A stretch of DNA of 64,000 nucleotides from Octopus sinensis (taxonomy: Eukaryota). The stretch is taken from NCBI RefSeq assembly GCF_006345805.1, contig NC_043010.1:53196001-53260000 (forward strand), given 5' to 3'. This document shows, piece by piece, positions 25,897 to 40,051 of the stretch (within the stretch, counting starts at the first letter, position 1; every line of letters starts with the position of its first letter). Position numbers and translations under genes: made by a program. The notes below the pieces were generated by a model, which saw only the letters and a program-made list of their open reading frames with translations, was not told the DNA's origin and did not search any database.

Positions 25897-27200
25897 GTCT
25901 GAAATTTCAGGGCAAATACCTCATCTGAGAATGGTGATATTTTCAACTAAATATGCATGACGAATATATAAAGATACCGCGTGAGTTGCAAAGAGGTGTA
26001 GCCATACGAAGTCGGTATGGCTCAGTTTGTGTAATCATATAACAGAATCGAGTATGTGATTGTATGTTGTGTGTGTGTATATGAGAAATTACTATTTTTG
26101 TGAGAGGTCATTACAGCTTTATGAATGTGTAAGAAGATGTCAACGGACACGAGTATGAAATTTTATATGAGTATATAAAACGTCCTCAAGCTGATTGTAT
26201 GGCTTTGAAGGCAGTGATGTAAGTACACAAATAACAAGATTGTGATTACGTACGTGCTGTACACTTGTTATGGATGTCAAGAAAGAAACAATCGTTAAAA
26301 CATGTTGGTGCGGCTGTGACAAGTGGGAAGATCAGTTGCTTTTCTTTATGCTGGCGGAAATTGGGGAGACTGACTATAGCGTTTAGAAACTCCATAGAGA
26401 AGGTCAATAGAGTAGGCAGTGGAGTTGGAAAGTTGGGTCTATGGTCTGCATAGAGTAAGGTGGAAAATGCTTTTAAATTATCCGTACGAATGATCTCTTA
26501 ACCGACGTTCTTAAAGTTAGTGCCACTACAGTTAATATTCTTCCTGCATATATCATTGAAACTCATGCCTGCTTTTTCGATATTACATTTGACACATAAT
26601 CCATATGCTACTGAAAGAAGTGCACTTGTATTTTTGATCTTTGAGATGAAGAAACAATTGATTTTGAAGACACCAATATGTATCTGAAGTGAACTACTAA
26701 CTAAACAGCGTTCCGATAAAAACAGCAAGCCAATAGAGTTGAAGAATAGATAATAACATATGGAGGAATGTGTGTTTTACTATAAGCGTGACCAATTTAA
26801 AATTAAAAGGAATGGGAATCGTATCGACAGAGGTATGCTTGCCAACTACTTCGACAACGGTAGTCTGGATGATGTACGAGAGTGTAGCGTCAATATACAA
26901 CGCAAATATTCAAAATCCAGAAAGTGTATCATGTCCAATTCAGACGTTAATTTGGGTTTTTTTGTCGGTTTCTGTGACGAATGAAAATATAGAAAATGAT
27001 AGAAGAGTTGGGGCGTGAAGTGTGAGAGGAAGATATTGGAACAAGTAGAAAGCTGTCGATTTACAGTGTATGGAAGTATATAGGTGGACGTAAATAGCAA
27101 CAAAGATATTTAGAAAGCTAAAAGCAACATTAGATATACTGAGGGTGAATTCCATGTAAGGTGGAAAGCGATGGTAAAACAGATAAATTAGTTTCGTTAA
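25897..27200 (-). mobile_element. Old Penelope-like element remnant (RT C-terminal region, degenerate downstream hammerhead)
   Basis: MEFTLSISNVAFSFLNIFV..LYTSIHCKST at about 27155-27050 (cf. PLE IKFT.E....LPFLDI.V....TSVY.KPT). Decayed hammerhead at 25897-25930. Confidence 0.6.
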
Positions 27201-27512
27201 TCTCTGGCCAAAGATGGTGGTAACAATGTGGTCGCAAACAGCGCCATGGCAGCTTTGAACTCAGCCTAATATGACGGCTTCAGTAAGGCCTTCATTGAAG
27301 CAGACGTAGTTGGGGCCTCGGTGCTCATAGCTACCTTGCTAGCAATGACAAATATATAAATCTACAAAGATGCTTTGGGTTGCCTTAGGACAATAACTCC
27401 TTGATGGGGACGTAAGTGCGACTTTGGGAATTATTTTTAGCACTGTTGGGGCCCATGATTCTCCAGGACTTAGTAAGAGTAATTTCTTCCGAAAGAAGAG
27501 AATTAGTAGCAG

Positions 27513-27607
<95 letters not shown>

Positions 27608-28044
27608 AGATTTGAGGCCAATGTAAGAATAGTATTTCATTTACCGACACTGGATGAAGAAACACAAAGTTAATTTTCATTTGAGAAGAATGCTAAAATG
27701 ATTAATGCAAAGTAATCTCTCTAACGTTCAAACGATCACTTGTCTGCTTACATACACACAAGCTTATACATACACACACACATACACACATACATACATG
27801 CATACATACATACATACATACATACATACACACATACACACATACATACATACATACATACATACATACATACATACACACATACATACATACATACATA
27901 TTCATACATACATACATACATATACACGCTGATACATCAAACACACACACACACACACATAGTTCACAGATGAGAACCAGGTATTATTTGTATAGAAAAT
28001 ACTTAGTAGTGCTTATCTCAATAATTGCTTATATATATATATAT

Positions 28045-28190
28045 ATACAAAACAATAAGAGAGAGTCCACTATGTGGACGCTCTAACGCTAGATATAGAT
28101 CCGCAAAGGGAATCCGCCACCAAGGAATTGTTCTCAAGCGTTTAGAGAGTTAGGGCGTCCACATAGGGACTCTCTCTTATTGTTTTGTAT
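28045..28190. repeat. Fold-back element
   Basis: ATACAAAACAATAAGAGAGAGTCCACTATGTGGACGCTCTAAC pairs with GTTAGGGCGTCCACATAGGGACTCTCTCTTATTGTTTTGTAT. Confidence 0.85.
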
Positions 28191-28313
28191 TAATAATTTT
28201 TACTGTATTCCAGTATTATATACGCTAGGCCATTGGTGTTTAATTTGATGTTAATAATTAATATTCATTTTTTCACCCTTATTTTGACTTTACATATATG
28301 TATACATACATAT

Positions 28314-28423
<110 letters not shown>

Positions 28424-28776
28424 GACGGGCTTCTTTCACTTTCCGTCTAGAAGATCCATTCACTGACCCATGGCCGTCCCGAGACTATAGTAGAATACAC
28501 TTGCCTAAGGTATCACGCAGTGGAACTGAAACCAGAACCGTGTGGACGAGAAACAAACTTCCTATAACATAGCCACACCTTCCATACACTTTCCGTCTAA
28601 TGCACTTTGCAGAGTGTGTCACACAGCAAAATAACACAACAAACTTACTACCTACGAGAAATTGGAGATCTTCGAGTTCTTATACCCTTGCAACTACAGA
28701 TTCTAATTCACACACAAGCTTTGTTTTAGAAGTCTACTTTTCCCCACTTCCGAGGACCATCGTTTGTTTTATATAT

Positions 28777-29205
28777 ACTCTTTTACTCTTTTACTCTTTT
28801 ACTCTTTTACTTGTTTCAGTCATTTTACTGCGGCCATGCTGGAGCACCGCCTTTAGTCGAGCAAATCGACCCCGGGACTTATTCTTTGTAAGCCCAGTGC
28901 TTATTCTATCGGTCTCTTTTGCCGAACCGCTAAGTGACGGGGACGTAAACACACCAGCATCGGTTGTCAAGCAATGCTAGGGGGACAAACACAGACACAC
29001 AAACATATACACACACATATATATATATATATACATATATACGACAGGCTTCTTTCAGTTTCCGTCTAACAAATCCATTCACAAGGCATTGGTCGGCCCG
29101 GGGGCTATAGCAGAAGACACTTGCCCAAGATGCCACGCAGTGGGACTGAACCCGGAACCATGTGGTTGGTTAGCAAGCTACTTACCACACAGCCACTCCT
29201 GCACC
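28777..29205 (-). mobile_element. SINE family A, full length
   Basis: Reverse complement of the 3295-3765 sequence with a (TACTCTTT)n tail. A further partial copy lies at 28422-28580. Confidence 0.88.
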
Positions 29206-30148
29206 TATATATGTATCAAATAACAACATTTTTGAAATTTTCTTTTTTTTTTTTTAAACTTTTTAGCTCTATTCGATTCATATTAATTGTTGTTTTTAAG
29301 AACTATTCTTTACATGACAAATAATAAAACAATGTACTATATATTCTATAATGTCTATGATGTCGTGATTTTTTTTATTTTTGAAATATAACATATAGCA
29401 TTTCCCTATAGAGATATGTATTCTTCAGAAGCAATATCGTTATTACATTACCATTATCTCAATTGTAATTACGCGTTCGGTGTCTGTTTCATTCTTTTTC
29501 CTTTTGTTTTTTTTTTTGTCTTTCTAATATCAAACCTGTCTCTGCCATTTATTATGTTACTGTATTGACCATAAATATATCTTTATTCATTTAAATATAT
29601 CAAATTTTGTCTCAGGCATATGTTAAGCGCAATTTCACAATGAAAGCGAAAGCGACGAATTTGGCAGTGTTATGAGAACGTCAGTTAAAAGACCTAGTGT
29701 TAGTGGTTTTAACCCCATTCCATACTGAATATCAAAATCTCTTACTCATGAAATTGACGTCTAAGTGGTTGAGTATTCTACGAGGCATTCACAAAGTAAT
29801 AACCGATACAACAAAGGTGAGACCCTTTTGTTATAGGTATATTCAAGATAGCAAAGGAAGAATCGACACCAGTACTAGACTTGTAGATGAATAAAGTTCC
29901 AGTACTTAACTGGTAGTTTATTACTCAGCCTTGTACATACCGAAATGATTAAAAAAAAGGGCGAAGTTGATCTCGAGTATAACAGGCCGAAATTGCAAAG
30001 ATAATATCTGGAACTCGACTGTAGAAAGAAAACTCCGAATGACCCGTCCTTGTGTTTTTTTTGTATCTTCTGTCTGGATGTTTTGTTGTCCCTTTTTGTT
30101 TACCTAACTGTCTGGATATTTTGTGCGTTCTTGTCCCATTTGATATAT

Positions 30149-30190
<42 letters not shown>

Positions 30191-30499
30191 GGTTGGCATC
30201 CTTTTTGTCTCGGGAGACAATGGAGTTGCGCATAAAGTAGTCTAGTCCAGCTTTTACATTTCATGACCTGATACATTCCTGCTGTGGCTGTGTAGTCCTA
30301 TCCTGGACAAACACTCCCTATATTCCCAAACTCCCTATAATCTAATAATATATATATATATATATAATATATATATAATATATATATATATATGGTGGGG
30401 TGCAACATGTATATGTATATATAAATGTATATATATATATATATTATATATATATATATATAATATATATATATATAGGTATATGTGCTATGCTAATAA

Positions 30500-31205
30500 A
30501 TATATATTCATAATGGATTAAATGCAGCACTAGCGGTATTCACATTATCGATGGCACATACTCAATATGTGTTTTGTCTGTTTTGTCGCCGGATTCACAG
30601 CGAAATAGCTCAATTTGTGATGACCCCCTACTGTAGGTTAAAACACATAAAAGTCATAGAAAGGAAAGGTGAGTAACCTCACCACGGATCGAGTTCAAGA
30701 GTGTTGGATACCGCCATTTTTATAGTTTATCACCAACACGTACGAGAATCGAACCAGAGACGAATCGCCAGTCTATGACCAGACATAAACATAGATGCAC
30801 TTGTAAGATTAAATTCAATAATGAATTAAATGCGGTGTTAGCAGTGTAAACATCGATCACACATACTCAATGTATAATGTATGTGTATTGTTTATTTGCT
30901 GGATTTGCTGTGAAATAGCGCCTGGGGATGACCCTTGTTAATACTGGGTATTAAAAAACCTGAAAAATGTTTTAATACCGTTATTGAATTTAATCGTACA
31001 TGTGTGTCAACGTGGCACATCAGCAAATAGTCTTTATGCTATTTATACATCGACATAGGCTGGCGATTCGATTCGTCCCCGAGTTCGATCCACTTGATGT
31101 GGATAAGCCATAAAAATGGCGAAATATCGGTACCCTTTACTCCTGAGTTCAATTCGGAACTAGGTGCCGCACTTGTCTGTCTATGACTTTCAGTTGTTTT
31201 AACAC
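30500..31205. mobile_element. Old direct + inverted repeat cassette, probably PLE pLTRs
   Basis: About 30505-30630 repeats at 30820-30935. About 30635-30820 is inverted at 30980-31205. GATGACCC...AAAAC may be decayed hammerhead cores. Confidence 0.55.
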
Positions 31206-31346
31206 TAAGCGATAATAATGGTTGCCCCAAGTGGTCTCTCGCTGCGAGCCCGGTGAAGAAAACAAGCACGTATGTTAAGAAAGTACGATCGATAATATAT
31301 ATTATTATATATATATATATAGATATATATATATATATATATATAT

Positions 31347-31760
31347 AGGTGCAGGAGTGGCTGTGTGGTAAGTAGCTGGTTTACCAACCACATGGTTCCG
31401 GGTTCAGTCCCACTGCGTGGTACCTTGAGCAAGTGTCTTCTACTATAGCCTCGGGCCGACCAAAGCTTGTGAGTGGATTTGGTAGATGGAAACTGAAAGA
31501 AGCCCGTCGTATATATATGTATATATATATTATATATATATATTGGGTGTGTGTTGTGTGTCTGTGTTTCCCATCCAACATCGTTGACAACGAAACCGAT
31601 GCTGGTGTCTTTATGTCCCCGTCACTTAGCGATCGGCAAAAGACCGTAGAATAGTATCTGGGCTTACAAAGAATAAGTCCCGGGGTAGAGTTGCCGATTA
31701 AAGGCGTGCTCCAGCCATGGCCGCAGTCAAATGACTGAAACAAATAAAAGAGCAAAAGAG
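31347..31760 (+). mobile_element. SINE family A, full length
   Basis: Collinear with 3295-3765. Confidence 0.88.
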
Positions 31761-31773
31761 TAATTATATATAT

Positions 31774-31810
<37 letters not shown>

Positions 31811-33004
31811 CTTATATATATATATACATGTATATTCGACTGGTTTAATCCGTATCATATAATGCGAAATTCATTGATATATGTTTTCAGGATTATTGAA
31901 ATTATCAATATTAGAGGAATATAGAGAATAAATTAATGTAATTAAATATTTATTTGTATTATGTTGAGGAAAAAGTCCGTGTGCCATGTTAAAGTAATGC
32001 TTTTTAATATATTTTTGTGGTGTGTGTGGTGTGTTCATTATGTTCACTATTCTAACACGGTGCACGAACTTTTTCCTCAACCTAGTATGTTAGAAAAAGA
32101 TAACACTTTTTAAAATAACAGTATAAATAAATTGATTAGAAGTTAAGATCCCAAAGAAAAATAAGTTAAAATAAAAAAGGCCCTACATATATGTTTCAGT
32201 CCTACCATCTAGTTGGTGGAAATTTCAAAGCATTTGTTTTAATTCTAAGAAAAATTTCCACTTTCTAACTATATGGTGGTAGGATTATTTCAGAGTTAAT
32301 ATAGAGCTCGTGTGACTTAGGTAATCATTTTTTCTTTCGAAGGAAGTATAAAGTATTAAGTATTAAAAATTTAAAGTTATATATTGAAAGTGTATTTGAT
32401 TGATGGGTTTTAGATATTTGTGAATATACTATATACTATATATTATATTTTGAAAACAGATAAATAAATAGATAAAGTATGCATAAAAATTTAAATCAAG
32501 CTAAAGATAAACTAAAATTATAATGACAGTAAAAACATTAAAAGATAAAATAGAAAATAATATAAAATAAAACACAATAAAATAGACTTAAAATAAAACC
32601 TATGGATTATACTTGCTGGTTTAGTGAGAGATACATATATCACATGATCACGATGGAGGATAGATGGAAATTTGAAAAATAGCCTTTATAATGCATATCT
32701 AGTAAAACTTACTTATCGACCGTTATTGATTTTGGCATATAAATGTATATTTAAATGCAAATTTTAGATTAAAGCAATTGGACGTTGTGACAATAAACAT
32801 CGAATTCATAGTGACTCATACGTGTTTTATTGAGATTGTGTGCAAATAAATATGTATACGCACACGTATATATATGCCCATGCATCCATACTTATACATA
32901 AAATATATGCAACCGCATACACTTATATATGCACACACAAACACACACTTAGGGAGTCTAACAAACTGCCATGGGTATATTTGCACAATATATGATACTA
33001 AATA

Positions 33005-33104
33005 NNNNNNNNNNNNNNNNNNNNNNNNNNNNNNNNNNNNNNNNNNNNNNNNNNNNNNNNNNNNNNNNNNNNNNNNNNNNNNNNNNNNNNNNNNNNNNNN
33101 NNNN
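33005..33104. other. Assembly gap (100 N)
   Basis: Run of N; 100 is a typical placeholder size. Confidence 0.99.
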
Positions 33105-33654
33105 ACTTACGGGGCGACATCCGAAGAAAATGACACAGGCAGGTAAGAGAGTTGGAAAGGGCCTATGTTCTAGTGGCGAAATAAGAAACTGGACATTATG
33201 ATTAGAGTGGGGCCGGAGAGATTGGATTCCACCAAAAGTGACGAGAGATGGAATGCAGAGTGAATGGTTATGGGATGTGCTTGAGAACGTTATGCCAAAT
33301 AGCCAGCTGGAGCATAATGATTAACTGCTTCTCCCTCAACGAGTGTTCCAGTTGAGACAAGCCTACTCTTGAAATTAACATGGAAGTGGCTAAGCACTCT
33401 ACAGCCACGTGTATACCCTTAATGTAGCTTTCAGATAGATTCTGCGTGACACAGAATGTAACGAGGCTGACCCTCACCCCATCTGTGATACATTAAAACA
33501 TGTTCCAACTCACTGATTTACATGGAGAATGTTTCAAAAACGAAATAACGACATAACATTTAAACATTTGGTCCCATTTTGATGAAACGAGCTATTTTGG
33601 AGTTAAGTTCTTCAGCATAATACGGCGCCGGTCATAGAACAAGAACCGTAGTTC

Positions 33655-34258
33655 TTATTTCTTTTTTGCCCACAAGGGGCTAAACATAAAGGGGACAAAC
33701 AAGGACAGACAAACTGATTAAGTCGATTATATCGACCCTAGTGCGTAACTGGTACTTATTTAATCGACCTCGAAAGAATGAAAGGCAAAGTGAACCTCGG
33801 TGGAATTTGAACTCAGAACGTAGCGGCAGACGAAATACCTATTTCTTTTAACTACCAATATTGGGGCTAAACACAGAGAGGAAAACACGGACTGACAAAC
33901 GGGTTAAGTCGATTTACATCGACCCCAGTGTGTAACTGGTACTTAATTTATCGGCCCCGAAAGGATGAAAGGCAAATTCGACCTCGGTGGAATTTGAACT
34001 CAGAACGTAGCGGTAGACGAAATACTTATTTCTTTACTACCCATAATGGAGCTAAACACAGAGAGGAAAAACAAGGACAGACAAACAGATTAAGTCGATT
34101 ATATCGACCCCAGTGCGTAACTGGTACTTATTTAATCGACTCCGAAAGGATGAAAGGCAAAGTCGACCTCTGCGGAATTTGAACTCAGAACCTAACGGCA
34201 GACGAAATACGGCTACGCATTACGCCCGGCGTGCTAACGTTTCAGCCAGCTCGCTACC
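33655..34258 (-). mobile_element. Head-to-tail trimer of SINE family B
   Basis: Three units of about 185 bp (about 33655, 33839, 34026); only one carries the complete 5' head. Confidence 0.88.
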
Positions 34259-34631
34259 TAATTAAACGAACATTAAAGAATAACGAACATCATAAACCAA
34301 ACGATGTCTTCTCAGCGCTCTGCCGCCATCATTCTCGGTTTGCTTATTTATACGTTTATTATATATATTGTAGTTTATGATTCGGCTATATTACATCATC
34401 GGTTATAGGTTTCCGGTAGACCAATCGATGGTTCACAGCCTTTGAGGTGGCGAGACTAACAGGTATCTGATTAGAGTTGGAGCAAATATCTTATTGGAAT
34501 TCGTTCGATGAAAACCGGATTTTCGGTTTACTTAACAATTTTACAGTCTATACTGATACCTACATATACACACACACACACAAACACATAACACACACAT
34601 ATTTGGAGAGAGAGAGAGAGAGAGAGAGAAG

Positions 34632-34665
<34 letters not shown>

Positions 34666-35458
34666 GAAGGAAAGAAGGAAAGAAAGAAAGAAAGAAACGT
34701 GTGTGGCTTTGTGTCTATGCTTATTCCCCACCATCGCTTGACAACCGGTGTTGGTGTATTTATATCCTTGTAACTTAGCAATTCGCCAAAAGAGATCTAT
34801 AGACTATGTACTAGGCTTAAGAATGAAAATAGCACTGGGATCGATTCATTCGACAAAAAATTCTGCAAGTCGCTGCCCCAGCATGGCCGTAGTCTGATAA
34901 CTGAAACAAGTAAAAAAATATATATTTAAAAAAAGAAAGAAACACGGTCGGACACACACGACAGGCTTCTTCACAGATTCCTTCTACCAAATTTTTCATC
35001 CAGAAGGCTTAATTCAACCTTTGACGATGTTAGACGACACATGAACATGGTATGGAGTTGCCCCGCAGAGAGATCCCCGTCCCAGGATACCATAGCGGTG
35101 AAGCGATCTTCCTAACTATTCTGTCGTATCAATGACCACATAAACCGTCTGCGTTCTCTATCAGGAACATTACCAAATCCATTCCTCCTTTCCTAAAATA
35201 AAAAAAAGCATTAACATTTGATTAATATGACAACAACTTTATATGATGTGTAGGTGTGGTAAGAATGTTGCTTCACAACCATATGGTTCTGGGTTCAGTC
35301 CGACTGCGTAGCATCTTGAGCAAGGGTCATCTGTTATTTACTCGAGATGATCAAAGATTTGCGAGTGGATATAGAAGACATAAACTGGAAGAATCCCGTC
35401 GTGTATGTATGCATAAACTGCCTTGTGCCAAAATTTGAAGCTATTATTATTATTATTA

Positions 35459-35501
<43 letters not shown>

Positions 35502-35875
35502 GAGTGAGAAAACTGTGCATATCATTAAAATGACACTGGAGTGAAATATGCGAAGCCCAGTATACCCATCATGGCTACCCGTCTGATAAGGGTACAGTAG
35601 GCACATGCATCACAGCCATATACACGCCACATGGTGATCTCATACCAAGATAAACAGCGCATGACCTTGTAGTTAGAATTTTCTTCAGCTCCAGTAGCTC
35701 AAAAGGTGAATAAAGAAGGTTTGTTTAAAAATGATGAATAAAACACCCATGTTTCTAGAGATGACTTATTCAAACCACCCCCAAAGAATTCCTCTCAAAA
35801 CATGGCTATGATGCTCCCCCACTACTTCTGCTCGTGATCAGAAATGCACATATCATCAGCCACCAAAGGACATGC

Positions 35876-37215
35876 TCAACTACATAAGGTCAAACAACTT
35901 CTGAACTGATACTCAACCTTTGCCTTCCTTAATACTAAACTGAGGGGGATCAAACATAAGACAAATATTAAAGGGGACAACAAGTCCGCCTGGAAAATTC
36001 CTCTTTTGATACTAACTTTCCCTAAGAGTGTGTCACCTGAATAGAGATCTAATTTCCGTTTCTTCATGCTAAGGCTAATTAATTCTTTTATGTCGTCCGC
36101 TATATTGAATATACTAAAAAAAGTTCACTTATGAATGAGTGTGGCATCATGTCATAGACTTTTCTATAATCTATCCATGCTATTGTTAGATTTTTCTTTG
36201 TAGCTTTTACTTCATTTAGAACTGATTTATATATGTATAATATATCATGTGTTCCTGTAGCTTTCTTCCTGCAACCATTTTGTTCTTCTGGTAGTAAAGT
36301 TTGGTTGTCAAGGTGCCCGTAAATGCTTTCTGAAAGCATTCCTGTTAACAGCTTCCACATTAATGGTAAGCAAGTGATTGGTCTATAAGTTTCTAACTGT
36401 ATTTTCCCTTTCTCTTAACCTTCATAATGAGTATTATCTTCCCTCTAGTCATCCAATCTGGTATTATCTCTCCATTAAGGCAATCCTGAAGTTGTTCCCC
36501 CATGGAGGCTGGGGGAACAACTTCAGGATTGCCGTGTAAAGTACTAAATTTCTCTAACCAGTACCCATGAACTAAATCTGGTCCTGAATCTTCCCAATCC
36601 TCCTAACACTTTACTCATTAATGCACCAGTTAATCTTAGATTTGGCTGTTTCATACTGAGTAATTCTTCCCTCACTTTCTATAACCATACTGTATCTTCA
36701 TTATGATTGACTGGTTTATCCCAGACATTTCTCCAGAACTTTCTAACTTCTTCTGCGTTAGACTTCTCATCTTCAGTACTTCGTTCACCACTATTTATTT
36801 GGTTATACAATCTCCTCTGGTCTGTCTCAAACAATCTATTCTGTTGATATTGATCTATTCTTTTCTGATATCTGGAGAGTTTGCCCGCTACTGCTATGAT
36901 TCGCTGTTTCAACTTTTCTATTACTGTACTAAATCCTTTCTCTTTGACTAAATATCTTTTCTAGAGGAAAGATTTGCATCTTGTGTTTCCAAATTGTTCA
37001 GTTTCCAGGCTGCTATTCTACTCAACCTTGTCTTAAAGTCTTCTGATATCAACAGGATAGATACAAAAAATGTAGGAGACACTAACTTACTGATCTATGC
37101 AGGAGAGGTAGTAGCCAACAGAAAATTAGATATTTCACAACGAAAGGTTAAAAAAGAGCAAATGTAGAAAAGTAGACTACATAATAAAGTGAAGACTTTA
37201 AGACAAGATCTGAAT
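35876..37215 (-). pseudogene. R4/Dong-like non-LTR retrotransposon RT fragment with inverted 5' segment
   Basis: YRPITCLPLMWKLLTG, PEEQNGCRK, AWIDYRKVYDMMPH, RGIFQADLLSPLIF. 37046-37215 continues the same ORF on the + strand. Confidence 0.88.
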
Positions 37216-37249
37216 GAATATATTATTGTTATTATTATTTTTTTATTGT

Positions 37250-37577
37250 TATTCAGTAGTTTTATTTCTATAGCGTGCTTTCACTTCAAAACCGAGCACA
37301 GCTCTGTGTGCCATGGGTATGTGCTGTGATTTGCTGTGATGCTCTGATGGTTACTGTATTGAAAGTGTTTTGCGTAGGATGTGTGCAGTTCCCAGCTGTG
37401 CAATTTTCTGTATGTTATATATATTTATAAGTCCTGATGTTTTTGTTATGTATTTGTCTAAGCATTATTTTTTATCATACCTAATGCACCTATCATAGGA
37501 ATTGTTTCTGTTTTCAGATTCCACATTCGAGTTACCTGTATTTCCAGTTCTTTGTATTTTGAAAGTTTCTCGATTTC
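37250..37577 (-). mobile_element. R4/Dong-like 3' end (RLE C-terminus and 3' UTR) within TAA-type repeats
   Basis: EKLSKYKELEIQVTRMWNLKTETIPMIGALGMI...IQKIAQLGTAHILRKTLSIQ*; flanked by (TAT)n/(CTT)n. Confidence 0.82.
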
Positions 37578-37630
37578 TTCTTCTTCTTCTTCTTCTTTTC
37601 TTCTTCTTCTTCTTCTTCTTCTTAATATTA

Positions 37631-37676
<46 letters not shown>

Positions 37677-37908
37677 CTAAGCCTAAAGAACCAGGTTCGG
37701 TTCACGAAACTATAACTTCCTTGAAGCAGAATCAAATTGTTATTAAATAATCCTACAAAATATGATGAGTGCTACTTTCTTTTCTGTCTCCACTCATTCA
37801 TTTATATATACATACACACACACACGCGCGCACGTGCGCACGCACTTGCACTCACACGTGCACACATACATACAAATACATATATATACACAAACCACAC
37901 ACACACAC

Positions 37909-38010
<102 letters not shown>

Positions 38011-38708
38011 TCCTTAAATGTAGTATGTTCAACCGTTTAGTTCGATTTGCAAAAGTAGTGCTATGGTGTCTTTTTATTTAAAATTAATTACTTGTGCATA
38101 ATTAATATACATATGTTTCTGTGTATGCGCGCATGTATGCGTATGTGTGTGTGTGTCTCTCTCTCTCTCTCGCTCTCTCTGTGTTTGTCTGTGTGCCCGT
38201 ATGTGTGTGCCTGTGTGTGTAGACAGATAGTTGCTGGTGGGATAATGAAGGATATCATTCAGTATTTATTTTCTAGTTGAATGAGAGACAATGACTGTTG
38301 AAACTGACAGAATCATAATGATCGTCTGCCTGAGCTAGCTGGTTGCCAATCAGCATATCCGTTTATCTCTCTTTTTTGCTCTTCTTCACTTTCTGAATGG
38401 CGGATTCAGCGCTTTTCAAATGTACGCACATACATACGTATATATATACATAAATACATACATACATACATACATACATACACACATACATACATACATA
38501 CACACATAAATACATACATACATACATACATATATACGTACATACATACATACATACATACATACATACATACATACATACATACATTAATGCATGCACA
38601 TATTACGTATATATATATGAATACAATGTATATATGTGTATATATATATATGCACATACATATGTACATATATTTACACATACATACATACGTACATACA
38701 CACATATC

Positions 38709-38767
<59 letters not shown>

Positions 38768-39343
38768 GTATATGTATATATGTATATGTATGTATATACA
38801 GATATATAGTAATACACACACACATGTATATATATAAACATATATACGCATATTAAACATATATATATTTACATATATATCTACACCCAGTCCCCCATAT
38901 ATACATATATGTATGTGTGCATGTGTGTGTATGTGTGTGTGTATGTGTGTGTGTGTGTGTGCACGTGCGTGAGTGTAGACATCTATGTGTGCACATTTGT
39001 GTATATATGTTTGTGGTGGTGGTGGAGCATGTGTTTGTGTGTCTGTATGAGTATACGTGTATGTATACGAATGAACAGGCGTGCACATGTTGGAAGAAAG
39101 AGAGATAGAAAGAAAGAACGAAAGAAAAACACAAATATAAAGCAATGAAAGAGAAAAACGAAGAGAAACAAGGTAAAGAGGTAAAAAAAAAACAGACAGA
39201 AACTTTACTATGGGTGCTTCGATATGAGATACTGATAGTGAAACGCAGACATCTAGAAAGATTATGAATAAATTTATAAATTATACAGAGTCGATTTCTG
39301 AGTTAGATATAAATTATAGTGAGCAATGATTGGAGCCAGACAG

Positions 39344-39396
<53 letters not shown>

Positions 39397-39559
39397 TACA
39401 CACAGACACACACATAAAAACACAAACACACTCACACACACAGTCATATATAATGCATGTTCAAGAAAAGACTAACTGCAATTTTCAACGATTTTTTTAA
39501 ACCTAAAAATTTGTCTCGCCAAATACTTACGCTTGGAATTTACCAGTGCATACATGCAT

Positions 39560-39900
39560 ACCTAACGTAAATCCTCGAGTATAGTCCGCCCTTGAGTATG
39601 CCACGCTGGGGTTTTTTAGAGGGTGTACTTCTGAAAAACCTAAACCTTGTGTATAATACGCACCCCTTCTCTAACTTGAGTCGTGCGTAATTAAGCCAGC
39701 AGCACCTAGTCTAACAAACACTTCCGCGCATGTGTAATACAATAATGGTGATGTTCCTAACTGTTATATGGGAATGTAAATGTTTGAAAATTGTGTTTGT
39801 TACATGTTATTCTGTGTTCTGAATACTTTTATTTCAATAAATGTTGCTTACTGCAAGTTATGGATAATTCTTTTATGACTTCATTTCTTTCAGGCTTAGT
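39560..39900. mobile_element. Possible Tc2/pogo-like non-autonomous element end
   Basis: CGTAAATCCTCGAGTATAGTCCGC, with internal repeats GAGTATG/GTGTATAATACGCACCCC, resembles TcMar-Tc2 termini. Confidence 0.4.
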
Positions 39901-39976
39901 TTAAGGTATTTTCATGCCCGACATCACAAAATGTTCTAAATAAACATTGATAGATAGCAAATAGAGGCACGGACAT

Positions 39977-40020
<44 letters not shown>

Positions 40021-40051
40021 ATATATATATGACTGTATATATATATATATA

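Noticed and set aside
32874-33201. ORFs spanning the N run
   Set aside because: Artefacts of the assembly gap; sequence on either side may not be contiguous.
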